Shown here piece after piece: positions 1-9,983 of a stretch of 64,000 bases of DNA. Source of the DNA: Candidatus Latescibacterota bacterium (GTDB taxonomy: Bacteria; Latescibacterota; UBA2968; UBA8231). The DNA lies in contig OZ242214.1 of NCBI GenBank assembly GCA_965206595.1, forward strand, positions 4,928,001-4,992,000, given 5' to 3'. A program made the translations under genes and the position numbers. The first letter of the stretch is position 1. Each line of letters opens with the position of its first letter. The notes below the pieces were generated by a model, which worked only from the letters and a program-made list of their open reading frames with translations, ran no database searches and was not told the origin of the DNA.

Positions 1-941
1 TCCGCTGAATACGCCGGGCCGAAGCGCTCGATGAACACCGGCACCTCGCGGCCGTAGTCGCGCATGCGGAAGACCTGCCTGTCGATGACGCTGCCGCGGC
101 CGTAGGCCTCGAACCGCACCTCGAGCGGGTTCGACTGGAAGTGCCCGACCTGGATCACCCCCTCGTCGCCGTAGATGCAGGTCTCGTTGCGGTAGCCGGC
201 GACGTGGTTGCGGCTCACCTGGACCTGGGCGATCGCGTCCTCCTGCAGCCACATCTGGATGAAGGCGTCGTCGAAGTCCTCGGCGACGGAGCTGACCTTC
301 TGGTTGTGCAGCCGCGCCCCCATGCCGGTCACGGAGCGCGGCATCTTGCCGGTGAGCCAGATGACCTCGTCGGCGTTGTGGACCGCCATGTCGCTGAGCA
401 GGCCGGGGCTGCTGTACCCCTCGGGCGGTCCGTGGGGGTCCTCGAGGACGGAGACGATCTTGAAGACCTTGCCGATGCGCTCTTCTGCCAGCAGCTCCCT
501 GGCGCGCAGCAGCGGCGCGTCGAAGCGGCGCATGAAGGCCAGCATCAACGCCTGCCGGCGGTACTCGTCGCCGTCGAGCCAGGCGACGAACTCGCGCGAC
601 GTTTCCAGCGAGTGGGTGAGCGGTTTCTCCAGCAGCACCCGCTGGCCGGCGTCGATCAGGGTTCGGGCGTCGCCGTAGTGGTCGGCGGTGCGGGAGGCGA
701 TTACCGCGGCGTCGGCGGCCCCGGCTTCCGCCAGCTCGGCGACCGACGTGAAGGTCCGGATTTTCGCCTCCTGACCCGGCTGCAGCTGCGCGGCGACGCG
801 CTCGGCGAGATCCCCGTGGCCGTCGACGACGGCGCTCAGCTCGCAGGTCCCCTCCCGGTTGGCGAGCTCCTGAACGTGCAGCGCGTGGTAGATGCCGATG
901 CGGCCGACGCCGACCGCGGCAATTTTGAGGGGAGCGGACAT
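1..941 (-). CDS. Gfo/Idh/MocA family oxidoreductase (inositol dehydrogenase-like); 3' part runs off the window
   Basis: Manual translation from ATG at 941 gives MSAPLKIAAVGVGRIGIYHA (Rossmann GxGxxG) and later VLLEKP, AFMRRFDA and HNADE motifs. Not in the ORF track because it is open at the window edge. Confidence 0.85.
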   Translation of the reverse strand, partial: MSAPLKIAAVGVGRIGIYHALHVQELANREGTCELSAVVDGHGDLAERVAAQLQPGQEAKIRTFTSVAELAEAGAADAAVIASRTADHYGDARTLIDAGQRVLLEKPLTHSLETSREFVAWLDGDEYRRQALMLAFMRRFDAPLLRARELLAEERIGKVFKIVSVLEDPHGPPEGYSSPGLLSDMAVHNADEVIWLTGKMPRSVTGMGARLHNQKVSSVAEDFDDAFIQMWLQEDAIAQVQVSRNHVAGYRNETCIYGDEGVIQVGHFQSNPLEVRFEAYGRGSVIDRQVFRMRDYGREVPVFIERFGPAYSA

Positions 942-949
942 GTTGCGGC

Positions 950-1831
950 TCAGCGCAAGTACTTGCCGTAAAGTGGCTCCAGGCGGGCCTTCGCCTCGGC
1001 GCCGATGGCCTCGGGCTCCGTGATGATGGCGTGGCGCGCCGCCTCCAGGCACTCGCACTCCGACTCGGCCGGCAGGTTCGCCGCCACTTCGCCGATGATG
1101 CGGTTGGCGGCCGCGGCGTTCGCCCTCAGCGTGTCGATCACCGCGGCGACCGACACGTCCTCTTCATCCTCGTGCCAGCAGTCGTAGTCGGTTCCCATCG
1201 CCAGCATGCTGTAGCAGAGCTCGGCCTCGCGGGCGAGCTTGGCCTCGGGGACCGCGGTCATCCCGATGACGGAGGCGCCGACGACGTCCTTGTAGTGGAA
1301 GGACTCGGCGCGGGTCGAGAACTGCGGCCCTTCCATGCAGAGGTAGGTCCCGCCTTCGTGCACGGTGGCGCCGCAGGCGCGTCCCGCGCCGGCGACCACG
1401 GCCCCGAGCTCGGCGCAGAACGGATCGGCCATCGACACGTGGCCAACGATGCCGCCGCCGAAGAAGGTGTGGGGGCGCAGGTCCCGGGTGCGGTCGAAGA
1501 TCTGGTCCGGTATCACCATCTCTCCCGGCCTGATCCGCTCCGTCATGATGCCGACGGCGCTGGCCGAGAGCAGGTGGGTGACCCCCACCTGCTTCAGGGC
1601 ATGGATGTTGGCGCGGTAGGGAACCTCGGTCGGGGTCAGCCTGTGCCCCCTGCCGTGCCGGGGGATGAACCAGGCGCCGCGGCCGGAGATCCTCGCCTCG
1701 ATCAGGGCATCCGAAGGGGGGCCGTACGGGGTCTCCACAGGGTGCTCGGCCACCACCTCGACCCCGTCCATCTGGTAGAGACCGGAGCCGCCGATCACGC
1801 CCAGGAGAACTGGTTTTGCCGATGCGGCCAT
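950..1831 (-). CDS. mtnP: S-methyl-5'-thioadenosine phosphorylase
   Basis: GVIGGSG, TPYG, PRHGRGH, EGPQFSTRAES, GMTAVPEAKLAREAELCY and TDYDCWH motifs. Confidence 0.95.
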   Translation of the reverse strand: MAASAKPVLLGVIGGSGLYQMDGVEVVAEHPVETPYGPPSDALIEARISGRGAWFIPRHGRGHRLTPTEVPYRANIHALKQVGVTHLLSASAVGIMTERIRPGEMVIPDQIFDRTRDLRPHTFFGGGIVGHVSMADPFCAELGAVVAGAGRACGATVHEGGTYLCMEGPQFSTRAESFHYKDVVGASVIGMTAVPEAKLAREAELCYSMLAMGTDYDCWHEDEEDVSVAAVIDTLRANAAAANRIIGEVAANLPAESECECLEAARHAIITEPEAIGAEAKARLEPLYGKYLR

Positions 1832-2001
1832 GGGCTTTCGCTTAGACCTGAAAGGGGTTTTCGCCGCGATTGCGCGGCGGGGCGAACGGGCCTGCCGGCC
1901 TCCCTCCGGCGGCTGGCACCGGGCAGGGGAACCGTCCCCCGACGTCCGCGAGGGGTCAAGCTAATCCCTTATATTCCGGTGGTCCATCGCCGGCCTACCG
2001 C

Positions 2002-4350
2002 ATGCAACCCGTCCTCGTTCAAGTTTCCGTCCGCGATCTCATCGGCTTCGCCCTCCGCTCCGGGGACCTCGGATCCCCTTTCGTCAGCGCGAAGCGCGCC
2101 GTCGAGGGAACGCGCGGCCACCAGTACGTGCAGGGGCTGCGCCCCGATGGATACGAGAGCGAGGTCCCCGTCTCCTTCCGCTACGAGGCGAATCCCGTCT
2201 CTCTCGAGATCAGCGGCCGCGCCGACGGGGTGCTCCTCGACGGGGACGGGCTGCTGGTCGAAGAGATCAAGACCATCTACGGTCCCTTCGATGCCGGACG
2301 CGGCGACGACCCGCTGCACTGGGCCCAGGTCAAGATCTACGGCTACGTCCTCGGGGTTCGGCACCGGGTTTCCGAGGTCGACGTCCAGCTGACCTACCTG
2401 CAGCTCGGCTCCAGCGAAATCCGCGAAGACCGGCGCACCTTCGAGATCGAGGAGCTCGCCCGTTTCTTCGAGGAGATCGTCACCCGCTATCTCCGCTGGG
2501 AACGCGCCTACCGCGAGCACTGCTGGAAGCGGGACCGCTCGATTTCGGGGCTGGGATTCCCCTTCCCGAGCTTCCGCCCGGGCCAGGAGGAGCTGTCCGC
2601 CTGCGTCGCCGACACGATCGCCTCCCAGGGCCGTCTCTACGCCGAGGCGCCGACCGGGATCGGCAAGACCATCTCCGTGCTGTTTCCCGCGGTCCAGGCG
2701 GTCGGCGAGGGGCGCGTCGAGAAGATCTTCTACCTCACCGCCAAGACGAGCGGCCGCGCCGTCGCCGAAAAGGCGTTCGCCGACCTGCAGGGGGCCGGCC
2801 TCGAGTTCAAGAGCGTGACCCTCACGGCGCGCGACCGCATCTGCTTCAACGCCCGCGGCGGACGCCCCTGCGACCAGGAGACCTGCCAGTACGCCCTCGG
2901 CTACTACGACCGCGTCAACGACGCCGTCGACGAGGCCTTCTCGCTGGCGGCGGCGACGCGGACTGCGATCGAGGAGGTGGCGCGGCGGCATACCGTCTGC
3001 CCGTTCGAGCTGTCGCTCGACCTGTCCCTGTGGGCGGACGCGATCATCTGCGACTACAACTACGTCTTCGATCCCAAGGCCTACCTGCGCCGCTATTTCC
3101 TCGATACCCGCGGGAAGTACCTCTTCCTGGTCGACGAGGCCCACAACCTGGTCGAGCGCGCCCGCGACATGTACTCCGCCGAGCTCCGCAGGTCGGATTT
3201 CCGCCGGTTGAAGAGGGGGCTGGGAGGGGATCACCCCCACCTGGCCAAGGCGCTGGCGGATATCGACTCCTGTCTGCGCGGCGTCGCCGAGCGCTGCGAG
3301 CTGGAGGGGGACGGGGAGAACTGGCTTGCACGGGAAAAGCCGGAGGACCTGCCGTACCTGCTGGAGCGCTTCAACGCCATCGCCGAGCCCCTCCTCGCCC
3401 GCAACAGGGCTGCTCCGTACGGCGGCGACCTGCTGGACTGCTACTTCACCGCGACCGGCTTCCTGCGCGTCGCCGAGCTCTTCGACGAGCGCTACGTCAC
3501 CTGCGCCGAGCGTTCGGCGCGCGACCTCAGCCTGCGCCTCTACTGCCTCGACCCCTCGGCGCAGATCCGCACCGCCCTCAAGCGCGGCCGGTCCGCGGCC
3601 TTCTTCTCGGCGACCCTCACCCCGCTCGACTACTTCCGCGACCTGCTCGGGGGGGACCGCCACGACTTCACCCTGTCCCTGCCCTCCCCGTTTCCGCAGG
3701 AGCACCTCGGGCTTCTTCTCGCCGATCACATCGACACCACCTGGCGCGGCCGCGGCTCTTCCTACGGCGACGTCGCCGAGTCGATCGCCGCCGCGGCCCT
3801 GCAGCGCCGCGGCAACTACATCGCCTACTTCCCGTCGTACAAGTATCTCGAAGAGGTGTACGGCCGCTTTCCGGGTGGCATCCGCACCCTGGTGCAGCGG
3901 CGCGGCATGAGCGAAGCGGAGCGCGAGCAGTTCCTCGCCGTCTTCGACACCGACCACCGCGAGACCGTCGTCGGCTTCGCGGTGATGGGGGGAATCTTCG
4001 GCGAGGGTATCGACCTGGTGGGGGAGCGTCTCGTGGGGGCGATCATCGTCGGCGTCGGCCTGCCCCGGATCTGCCTGGAGCGCAACCTGATCCGCGGTTA
4101 CTTCGACGAGCGCAACCTCCCCGGGTTCGCCTACGCCTACACCTACCCGGGGATGAACCGCGTGCTGCAGGCCGCGGGCCGCGTCATCCGCGGCGAGCGC
4201 GAACGCGGGCTGATTCTGCTCGTCGACCGCCGCTTTGCCCAGGAGCAGTACCGCGAGCTGTTCCCCGCCCACTGGAGCCGCCCCGACCGCACCCGCGGGG
4301 CGGACCGCATCAGGCAGGCGGCCGGAGTTTTCTGGAGAAGGGCCGACTGA
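2002..4350 (+). CDS. DinG/Rad3(XPD)-family Fe-S DNA helicase with N-terminal PD-(D/E)XK nuclease domain
   Basis: Walker A APTGIGKT, DEAHN, four Fe-S Cys (IC..PC..TC..VCPFE), FGEGIDL and QAAGRVIR. N-terminus has GRADG..EEIKT..WAQVKIY. ATG at 2002 chosen as start. Confidence 0.9.
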   Translation: MQPVLVQVSVRDLIGFALRSGDLGSPFVSAKRAVEGTRGHQYVQGLRPDGYESEVPVSFRYEANPVSLEISGRADGVLLDGDGLLVEEIKTIYGPFDAGRGDDPLHWAQVKIYGYVLGVRHRVSEVDVQLTYLQLGSSEIREDRRTFEIEELARFFEEIVTRYLRWERAYREHCWKRDRSISGLGFPFPSFRPGQEELSACVADTIASQGRLYAEAPTGIGKTISVLFPAVQAVGEGRVEKIFYLTAKTSGRAVAEKAFADLQGAGLEFKSVTLTARDRICFNARGGRPCDQETCQYALGYYDRVNDAVDEAFSLAAATRTAIEEVARRHTVCPFELSLDLSLWADAIICDYNYVFDPKAYLRRYFLDTRGKYLFLVDEAHNLVERARDMYSAELRRSDFRRLKRGLGGDHPHLAKALADIDSCLRGVAERCELEGDGENWLAREKPEDLPYLLERFNAIAEPLLARNRAAPYGGDLLDCYFTATGFLRVAELFDERYVTCAERSARDLSLRLYCLDPSAQIRTALKRGRSAAFFSATLTPLDYFRDLLGGDRHDFTLSLPSPFPQEHLGLLLADHIDTTWRGRGSSYGDVAESIAAAALQRRGNYIAYFPSYKYLEEVYGRFPGGIRTLVQRRGMSEAEREQFLAVFDTDHRETVVGFAVMGGIFGEGIDLVGERLVGAIIVGVGLPRICLERNLIRGYFDERNLPGFAYAYTYPGMNRVLQAAGRVIRGERERGLILLVDRRFAQEQYRELFPAHWSRPDRTRGADRIRQAAGVFWRRAD

Positions 4351-4365
4351 GGCTGGTTTCGCCGG

Positions 4366-5424
4366 TCACCGGGAGCGCCTCGTGCGCACCGCCGCGGCGA
4401 GCTCCTCCAGCATCCGCTCCGTCGTCTCCCAGGAGACGCAGGCGTCGGTGATGCTCTGCCCGTAGGTCGGCTCCCTGCCGGGGACCAGGTCCTGGCGGCC
4501 GGCGAGGAGGTGGCTCTCGATCATGACCCCGAAAATGTTTTCGGATCCGGCTGCGACCTGGGCGGCGACCTCGGCGCTGACGAGGGGCTGCCTGGCGTGG
4601 TCCTTGGCGCTGTTTCCGTGACTGCAGTCGATCATCACCCGGAAGGGGAGTCCCTTTTCCCGCAGTTCCCCGGCCACCGAGGCAACGGACTGCCGGTCGT
4701 AGTTGCCGCCGCTGTTCGAGCCGCGCAGGATGAGGTGGCAGCGGTCGTTGCCGGTGGTGGCGACGATGGCCGAGATCCCCTGCTTGGTCACCGAGAGAAA
4801 GTGGTGAGCGCCCCGGGCCGCCAGGATCGCGTCGATCGCCAGCTGCACGCTGCCGCCGGTGCCGTTCTTGAACCCCACCGGCATCGACAGTCCCGAGGCG
4901 AGCTCGCGGTGCACCTGGCTCTCGGTGGTGCGCGCCCCGATCGCTCCCCAGCTCGCCAGGTCGGCGATGAACTGCGGCGTAATGGTATCGAGAAACTCCG
5001 ACCCTGCCGGCAGCCCGCTGTCGGCGAGGTCGAGCAGGAGCCGGCGCGCCGTCCGCAGCCCCTCGTTGATGGCGAAACTGTCGTCGAGGTGAGGGTCGTT
5101 TATCAATCCCTTCCAGCCCACAGTCGTACGCGGCTTTTCGAAGTAGACGCGCATGGCGATCAGCAGGTCCTCCCGCAGGCGCCCGGCCGCGGCGGCCAGG
5201 CTGCCGCCGTAGTCGCGCGCGGCGTCGGGATCGTGGATCGAGCAGGGCCCGACGATCGCCACCAGGCGGTCGTCCTCGCCATCCATGATGGCGCCGATCT
5301 TGCGCCGGCCCGAGGCAACCGTCTCCGAGGCCCTCTCCGTCAACGGCAGCTCTTCCATCAGGATCGCCGGGGGCAGCAGCGGCCGCAGGTTGGCGATTCT
5401 CAGGTCATCGGTAGCTTGCAGCAT
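4366..5424 (-). CDS. aroG: 3-deoxy-7-phosphoheptulonate (DAHP) synthase, class I-alpha
   Basis: GPCSIHD, MRVYFEKPRTTVGWKGLINDP, IGARTTESQVHRELASGLS, DCSHGNS and YGQSITDAC motifs. Which AroF/G/H isoform is not resolvable. Confidence 0.93.
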   Translation of the reverse strand: MLQATDDLRIANLRPLLPPAILMEELPLTERASETVASGRRKIGAIMDGEDDRLVAIVGPCSIHDPDAARDYGGSLAAAAGRLREDLLIAMRVYFEKPRTTVGWKGLINDPHLDDSFAINEGLRTARRLLLDLADSGLPAGSEFLDTITPQFIADLASWGAIGARTTESQVHRELASGLSMPVGFKNGTGGSVQLAIDAILAARGAHHFLSVTKQGISAIVATTGNDRCHLILRGSNSGGNYDRQSVASVAGELREKGLPFRVMIDCSHGNSAKDHARQPLVSAEVAAQVAAGSENIFGVMIESHLLAGRQDLVPGREPTYGQSITDACVSWETTERMLEELAAAVRTRRSR

Positions 5425-5471
5425 CTTCTCCTCTTGCGACTTGGTTCTCGGAAAAAGGAACGGGACCCGCG

Positions 5472-6734
5472 CTAGCCGGTGACGGCCGCGGGGGGAGACC
5501 ACCCGAAGCGGGCGAAGTTCTTCCCCGACAGGGCGTTCATCTCGTCGGCGCGGCGCAGCGTCTCGGCCACTTCCTCGCGCAGGTCGTCGGGGCGATAGGG
5601 GACTCCCTCCCGCACCGTGAGAACCGGTTCGATCTTCTGCGAACCGCTGTTCCGTTCCCTGTGGCAGTCGAAGAAATCGTATTCCCCTTCGGTAATTTCG
5701 AACGCCGCGAGGTCGGCGACCGTGCCGGGCCGCAGCGTTCCCAACTCTTCGCGGCCGATGGCGGCGGCCGCCCTGGTGGTGGTGCGCGCGATCACCTCGC
5801 GCAGCCCTACTCCGAGGCTCATCAGCTTCGATCCGGCGTCGGCGAGGCTGTCTACGGTGCGCTCGATGCTGTGGGCGTGGATGTCGGTGCTGATGACGTC
5901 GGCGAGAAAGCCCTCGGCCAGCGAGGCGCGGGCAACCTCGAAATTGAAGCTGCCGCCGCCGTGGCCGACGTCGAACAGCACGCCGCGTTCGCGCGCCTCC
6001 CAGACCGCCTCGAGGACGCGGTCGTCCTCACCGATCACGAGGTCGCCGTGCCCCTGGTAGCAGTGGGTGACGATGTCGCCCGCGCGCATTCCGGCGAGCA
6101 CCTCCGGCAGCGGCACCCCGGTGCCGATGTGGACCATGACCGGAACGTCCACCATGCCGGCAGCGGCGGTGGCCAGGCGCAGCGGCTCGACCCCGTTGTC
6201 CCCCACCTGGAAGCGGGCCTGGCGGACCTTCACACCGACGCAGATCCCGGGCCAGTTGTGGATCACACAGGCGGTGCGCTCCGGATCCCCGTAGCGCAGG
6301 TCCTCCATCTCTCCGACCGGCCCGTAGGTGAGGCCGATCCCGGAGATATGCACGAACGCCAGGGTCCGGGTGCGCGCCGGATCGGCGACGAACTCCTTGA
6401 AGCCGATGAAGTTGGCCCAGCCCGGGCTGCCGGCGTCGACAATCGTGGTGACCCCCGTGGCGAGGCAGTGGGCGTCCGCCTTGATGCCCCAGGTCGTGGC
6501 GCCGGGATACACGTGGGCGTGGATGTCGATCCACCCAGGGGTGAGGATGCGCCCGGACAGGTCGATCCGCTCCCGGGCCGAGGCGGTATCGATTCCCTCC
6601 GAGACCGCGGCGATGAGACCGTCCCTGACGGCGACATCCCTGGCCCCGTCGATTCCCTGGGAGGGGTCTATCACCGTGGCCCCGCTCAGCAGCAGGTCGT
6701 ACTTCCTTTCTGCACTACCCGTTGGCGGCGGCAA
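5472..6734 (-). CDS. Amidohydrolase/deacetylase family metallohydrolase (dihydroorotase-like)
   Basis: PGWIDIHAH, GVTTIVDAGS, GVKVR, MVHIG, THCY, DVGHGGGSF and ISTDIH motifs. TTG start after AAGGA. Confidence 0.85.
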   Translation of the reverse strand: MPPPTGSAERKYDLLLSGATVIDPSQGIDGARDVAVRDGLIAAVSEGIDTASARERIDLSGRILTPGWIDIHAHVYPGATTWGIKADAHCLATGVTTIVDAGSPGWANFIGFKEFVADPARTRTLAFVHISGIGLTYGPVGEMEDLRYGDPERTACVIHNWPGICVGVKVRQARFQVGDNGVEPLRLATAAAGMVDVPVMVHIGTGVPLPEVLAGMRAGDIVTHCYQGHGDLVIGEDDRVLEAVWEARERGVLFDVGHGGGSFNFEVARASLAEGFLADVISTDIHAHSIERTVDSLADAGSKLMSLGVGLREVIARTTTRAAAAIGREELGTLRPGTVADLAAFEITEGEYDFFDCHRERNSGSQKIEPVLTVREGVPYRPDDLREEVAETLRRADEMNALSGKNFARFGWSPPAAVTG

Positions 6735-6782
6735 CTCTATGTCCTTACGAATGCTGGTTTCCTGGGAGGGCTTGTCCGGAGG

Positions 6783-7733
6783 TCAGGCAAACAGGGCCCC
6801 GACGCTTTCGCCGGTGTGGATACGCCGGATCGCTTCGGCCATCAGCGGCGCCACCGACAGAACCGTCATCTGGTCGAGCCGCTTTTCGGGGGGCACCGCC
6901 ACGGTATTGGTGACGGTCACCGCCTCGACCGGCGAGGCGCGCAGGTTGTCGATGGCGTTGCCGACCAGCACGCCGTGGGTGGCGCCGGCGAAGACCCGCC
7001 GGGCCCCGGCTTTTTTCAGAGTGCGCGCCGTCTCGATGAAGGTGCCGCCCGTGGCGATCTCGTCCTCGAAGACAACGGCGTCCCTGCCCTCCACCTCGCC
7101 CACCACGTTGCCCTGGCTCACGCGGGTGTCGCTGACCCGGCGCTTGTCGATGATCGCCAGCGGCAGACCCAGCCGGGAAGCGAACTTGCCGGCCCGCCGG
7201 GCGCCGCCGGCGTCGGTCGCTACCACCACGGCATTCGCCAGATCGCAGGTTTTTCCGATGTGGTCGGCTACGATCGGTATCGCCGTCAGATGATCGACGG
7301 GAATGCCGAAAAAACCGTGCACCTGCTCGGCGTGCAGATCCATGGTCAGCACCCGGTCAGCACCGGCAGTTTCCAACAGATCGGCCATCAGCCGCCCGGC
7401 GATGGAGATGCGCGGCGCGTCCTTCTTGTCCGAACGCGCGTACGAGTAGTAGGGGATCACCGCGGTGATGCGGCGCGCCGAGGCGCTGCGCAGGGCGTCG
7501 AGGGTAATCAGCAATTCGACGATGTGGTCGCTCGCCGGCTCGGTGAAGGCCTGCACGATGAAGGCATCCCGTTCGCGCACGTTCTCGTCGATCTGCACCG
7601 AGAGGTTGTCGTTCGAGAAGCGGGAAACCGTCAGACTGCTGCGGCGAATCCCGAGGCAGCGGCAGATTTCATCGGCCAGGCCGGGATTGGAACGACCTGC
7701 GAAGATTCGCAGCTCATCGTTCATGCCATCCAT
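6783..7733 (-). CDS. prs: Ribose-phosphate pyrophosphokinase
   Basis: IPYYSYARSDKK, TMDLHAEQVHGFF, DAGG, IIDKRR, EDEIATGGT and ATHG motifs. Start is 7733 or 7724. Confidence 0.93.
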   Translation of the reverse strand: MDGMNDELRIFAGRSNPGLADEICRCLGIRRSSLTVSRFSNDNLSVQIDENVRERDAFIVQAFTEPASDHIVELLITLDALRSASARRITAVIPYYSYARSDKKDAPRISIAGRLMADLLETAGADRVLTMDLHAEQVHGFFGIPVDHLTAIPIVADHIGKTCDLANAVVVATDAGGARRAGKFASRLGLPLAIIDKRRVSDTRVSQGNVVGEVEGRDAVVFEDEIATGGTFIETARTLKKAGARRVFAGATHGVLVGNAIDNLRASPVEAVTVTNTVAVPPEKRLDQMTVLSVAPLMAEAIRRIHTGESVGALFA

Positions 7734-7862
7734 GCTTCTTCGATTCCGCACGTTCCGGAGACTTTCGCCAGCCTGTCGATTTCCTTATTTCAACCGCCGC
7801 CGTTTCAAGTATAGAGCTTCGCACTCCCAGTGTCCTGTTCAGAAAAAGAGGGATGGGTGTCC

Positions 7863-8864
7863 ATGGGAAACGTCCCACCCGAAAGCGGTATCCGCGTGCC
7901 CGCAGGCGACCTGCGCAGCCTCGTGCGAACCCTGTTCGAGCGCGTCGGCATGAGCACCGCGCACGCAACCACCATGGCAGAGCTGCTGGTGAAAACCGAC
8001 CTGCGCGGCGTCGTCAGCCACGGCACCTTCCAGACCGCCGGGTACTGCCGCATGATCCTCGACGGCCGGATCAACCCGGCTCCCGACATCAAGGTGGTCC
8101 GGGAGTCGACGACCACCCAGACCCTCGACGGCGACGGCGGCATGGGCCACCTCCCCTGCAGGCAGGGGGCGGAGTGGGCGGCCGAACGCGCCCTCGAGCA
8201 CGGCGCCGCCGCGGTCACCACGCGCAACCACTTCCACTTCGGAGGAGCCGGCAAGTACTCGCGCATGGCCGCAACCCGCGACTGCATCGGGATCGCCGTA
8301 TCCTCCCACCGCTACCATCCCCGGCCCGGCAGTATTCTCGGGATCAAGGGTTCTTCCCCGATCAGCATCGCCCTGCCCGCAGGCGAGCAGCCGCCGATGG
8401 TGCTCGACATGGGCTCCTCCTTCCTTCCTTACGACGACGAGCTCTACGAGCGCGCGCCCTTCGCCTTCTTCAAGGAGATGGGGATCGCCGCCTCCGCGTA
8501 CGGCCTCGGGGGGGTGCTGGCCGGGATCTACAAGCCGGAGCTCATGCCCCCCGCTTCCAGGTGGGAATCGAACCAGGGCTCCTTCATCGCCGCCTTTTCT
8601 GTCGAGAGCTTCATGGACCCGGACGAATACAAGGCGGAGATGGACCGCTGGATCGGTGAGGCGCGCGCCCTCGATCCGCTCCCCGGGTACGACAGCGCCG
8701 AGCTGCCGGGAGGGCTTGAGTGGCGGCGGGAACGGGAGTACGCGGAGGAGGGCATCCCGGTCGGCGACGAGACCCGCCGCAGCCTCGAGGAGATCGCCGC
8801 GGAGCTCGCCGTCGAGACGCCGTTCTCCCGCTACCTGCACACCCGCTTCGGAGGCCAGGCATGA
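7863..8864 (+). CDS. Ldh_2 family (malate/L-lactate/sulfolactate-type) oxidoreductase
   Basis: DLRGVVSHG, LDGDGGMG, RNHFHFG, VLDM and LPG motifs. Confidence 0.85.
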   Translation: MGNVPPESGIRVPAGDLRSLVRTLFERVGMSTAHATTMAELLVKTDLRGVVSHGTFQTAGYCRMILDGRINPAPDIKVVRESTTTQTLDGDGGMGHLPCRQGAEWAAERALEHGAAAVTTRNHFHFGGAGKYSRMAATRDCIGIAVSSHRYHPRPGSILGIKGSSPISIALPAGEQPPMVLDMGSSFLPYDDELYERAPFAFFKEMGIAASAYGLGGVLAGIYKPELMPPASRWESNQGSFIAAFSVESFMDPDEYKAEMDRWIGEARALDPLPGYDSAELPGGLEWRREREYAEEGIPVGDETRRSLEEIAAELAVETPFSRYLHTRFGGQA

Positions 8865-9850
8865 GCGGCCGCGTCCTTGGTACCTGCGCCATCGAATTCC
8901 GCGGCCGCGAGCCTGCCCGCCGGCTCGTAGAGGAGGCGGAGCTCGAGTTCGTCCACCGGCAGGGGAGCGCCCCCTGGCCGGACGAGGAGACCCGTGAAAA
9001 ACTGGCCGGGTTCAGCGGTATTCTCGCCGGGGGGGAGTACTTCACCCCCCATACCATGGAGCTTGCGGGCGATCTCAGGGTGATCGCCCGCAACGGAGTC
9101 GGCTACGACCGCGTCGACCTCGACCTCTGCACCGAACAGGGCATCGTGGTCACCAACACCCCGGGAACCATGTCGGACGCGGTGGCCGACCACGCCATGG
9201 CCCTGCTGCTGGCCGCGGTGCGCCACATCGTCCCCGGGGACCGGGCGGTGAAGTCGGGCGGCTACCAGGTCGCCATCTCCGAGGACCTGTGCGCGATGAC
9301 CCTCGGGCTGATCGGCTGCGGCCACATCGGCGCCCAAGTGGTCCGGCGCGCCCTCGGCTTCGGAATGCGCGTCCTCGTCGACGACCCATTCCTCGAGCCG
9401 GGGCGGCTGCAGGAGCTCGGCGCCCAACCCGCGAGCCGCGAGCAGCTGCTGGCCGAGTCGGACGTCGTCAGCCTGCACCTGCCGATGTCGGAGGAGAATG
9501 CCGGGCTCGTCGACGCCGGTTTCCTCGCCGCAATGAAGCAGGGGAGCTATCTCATCAACACCGCAAGGGGGGGGCTGGTGGACGAGGAGGCCCTGATAGC
9601 CGCGATTGAGGGCGGCCATCTCGCCGGCGCCGGCCTCGACTGCCAGGCGACGGAGCCGCCGCGGGGGACGTCGTTGCGGCTCGTGCAGATGGCCAACGTC
9701 GTCGCCATGCCGCACTCCGCCTCCAGCACGGTCACGGCGCGGGAGCGGATGTCGATCGCCGCCGCCCAATCGATCGTCGACTGCCTGCAGGGACGGGTCC
9801 CCAGGTTCGTCGTCAACCGGGAGGTGCTGGAAAAGCTCGACCTCCGGTAG
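8861..9850 (+). CDS. D-2-hydroxyacid dehydrogenase (phosphoglycerate dehydrogenase family)
   Basis: ARNGVGYD, VTNTPG, GLIGCGHIG, SLHLP, LINTARGGLVDE and MPHSAS motifs. ATGA overlap with the upstream gene. Confidence 0.9.
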   Translation: MSGRVLGTCAIEFRGREPARRLVEEAELEFVHRQGSAPWPDEETREKLAGFSGILAGGEYFTPHTMELAGDLRVIARNGVGYDRVDLDLCTEQGIVVTNTPGTMSDAVADHAMALLLAAVRHIVPGDRAVKSGGYQVAISEDLCAMTLGLIGCGHIGAQVVRRALGFGMRVLVDDPFLEPGRLQELGAQPASREQLLAESDVVSLHLPMSEENAGLVDAGFLAAMKQGSYLINTARGGLVDEEALIAAIEGGHLAGAGLDCQATEPPRGTSLRLVQMANVVAMPHSASSTVTARERMSIAAAQSIVDCLQGRVPRFVVNREVLEKLDLR

Positions 9851-9983
9851 GGTCCGGCCAGCGTTCCCGAGGGGACAGCGGGATGGCTGCGGCAGGAGCC
9901 GCCTTGGCGGCAGCCGGTGAGGAAGAAGGTTTTCAGCGGCCCCCGGGAAGGTGCTGCGGCCCCGGGGACGGAAGAGTTGGCGG

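Noticed and set aside
6783-7733. Prs motif variants (EDEIATGGT, YARSDKK)
   Set aside because: Appear to be within the variation of bacterial Prs paralogs; no evidence of altered function.
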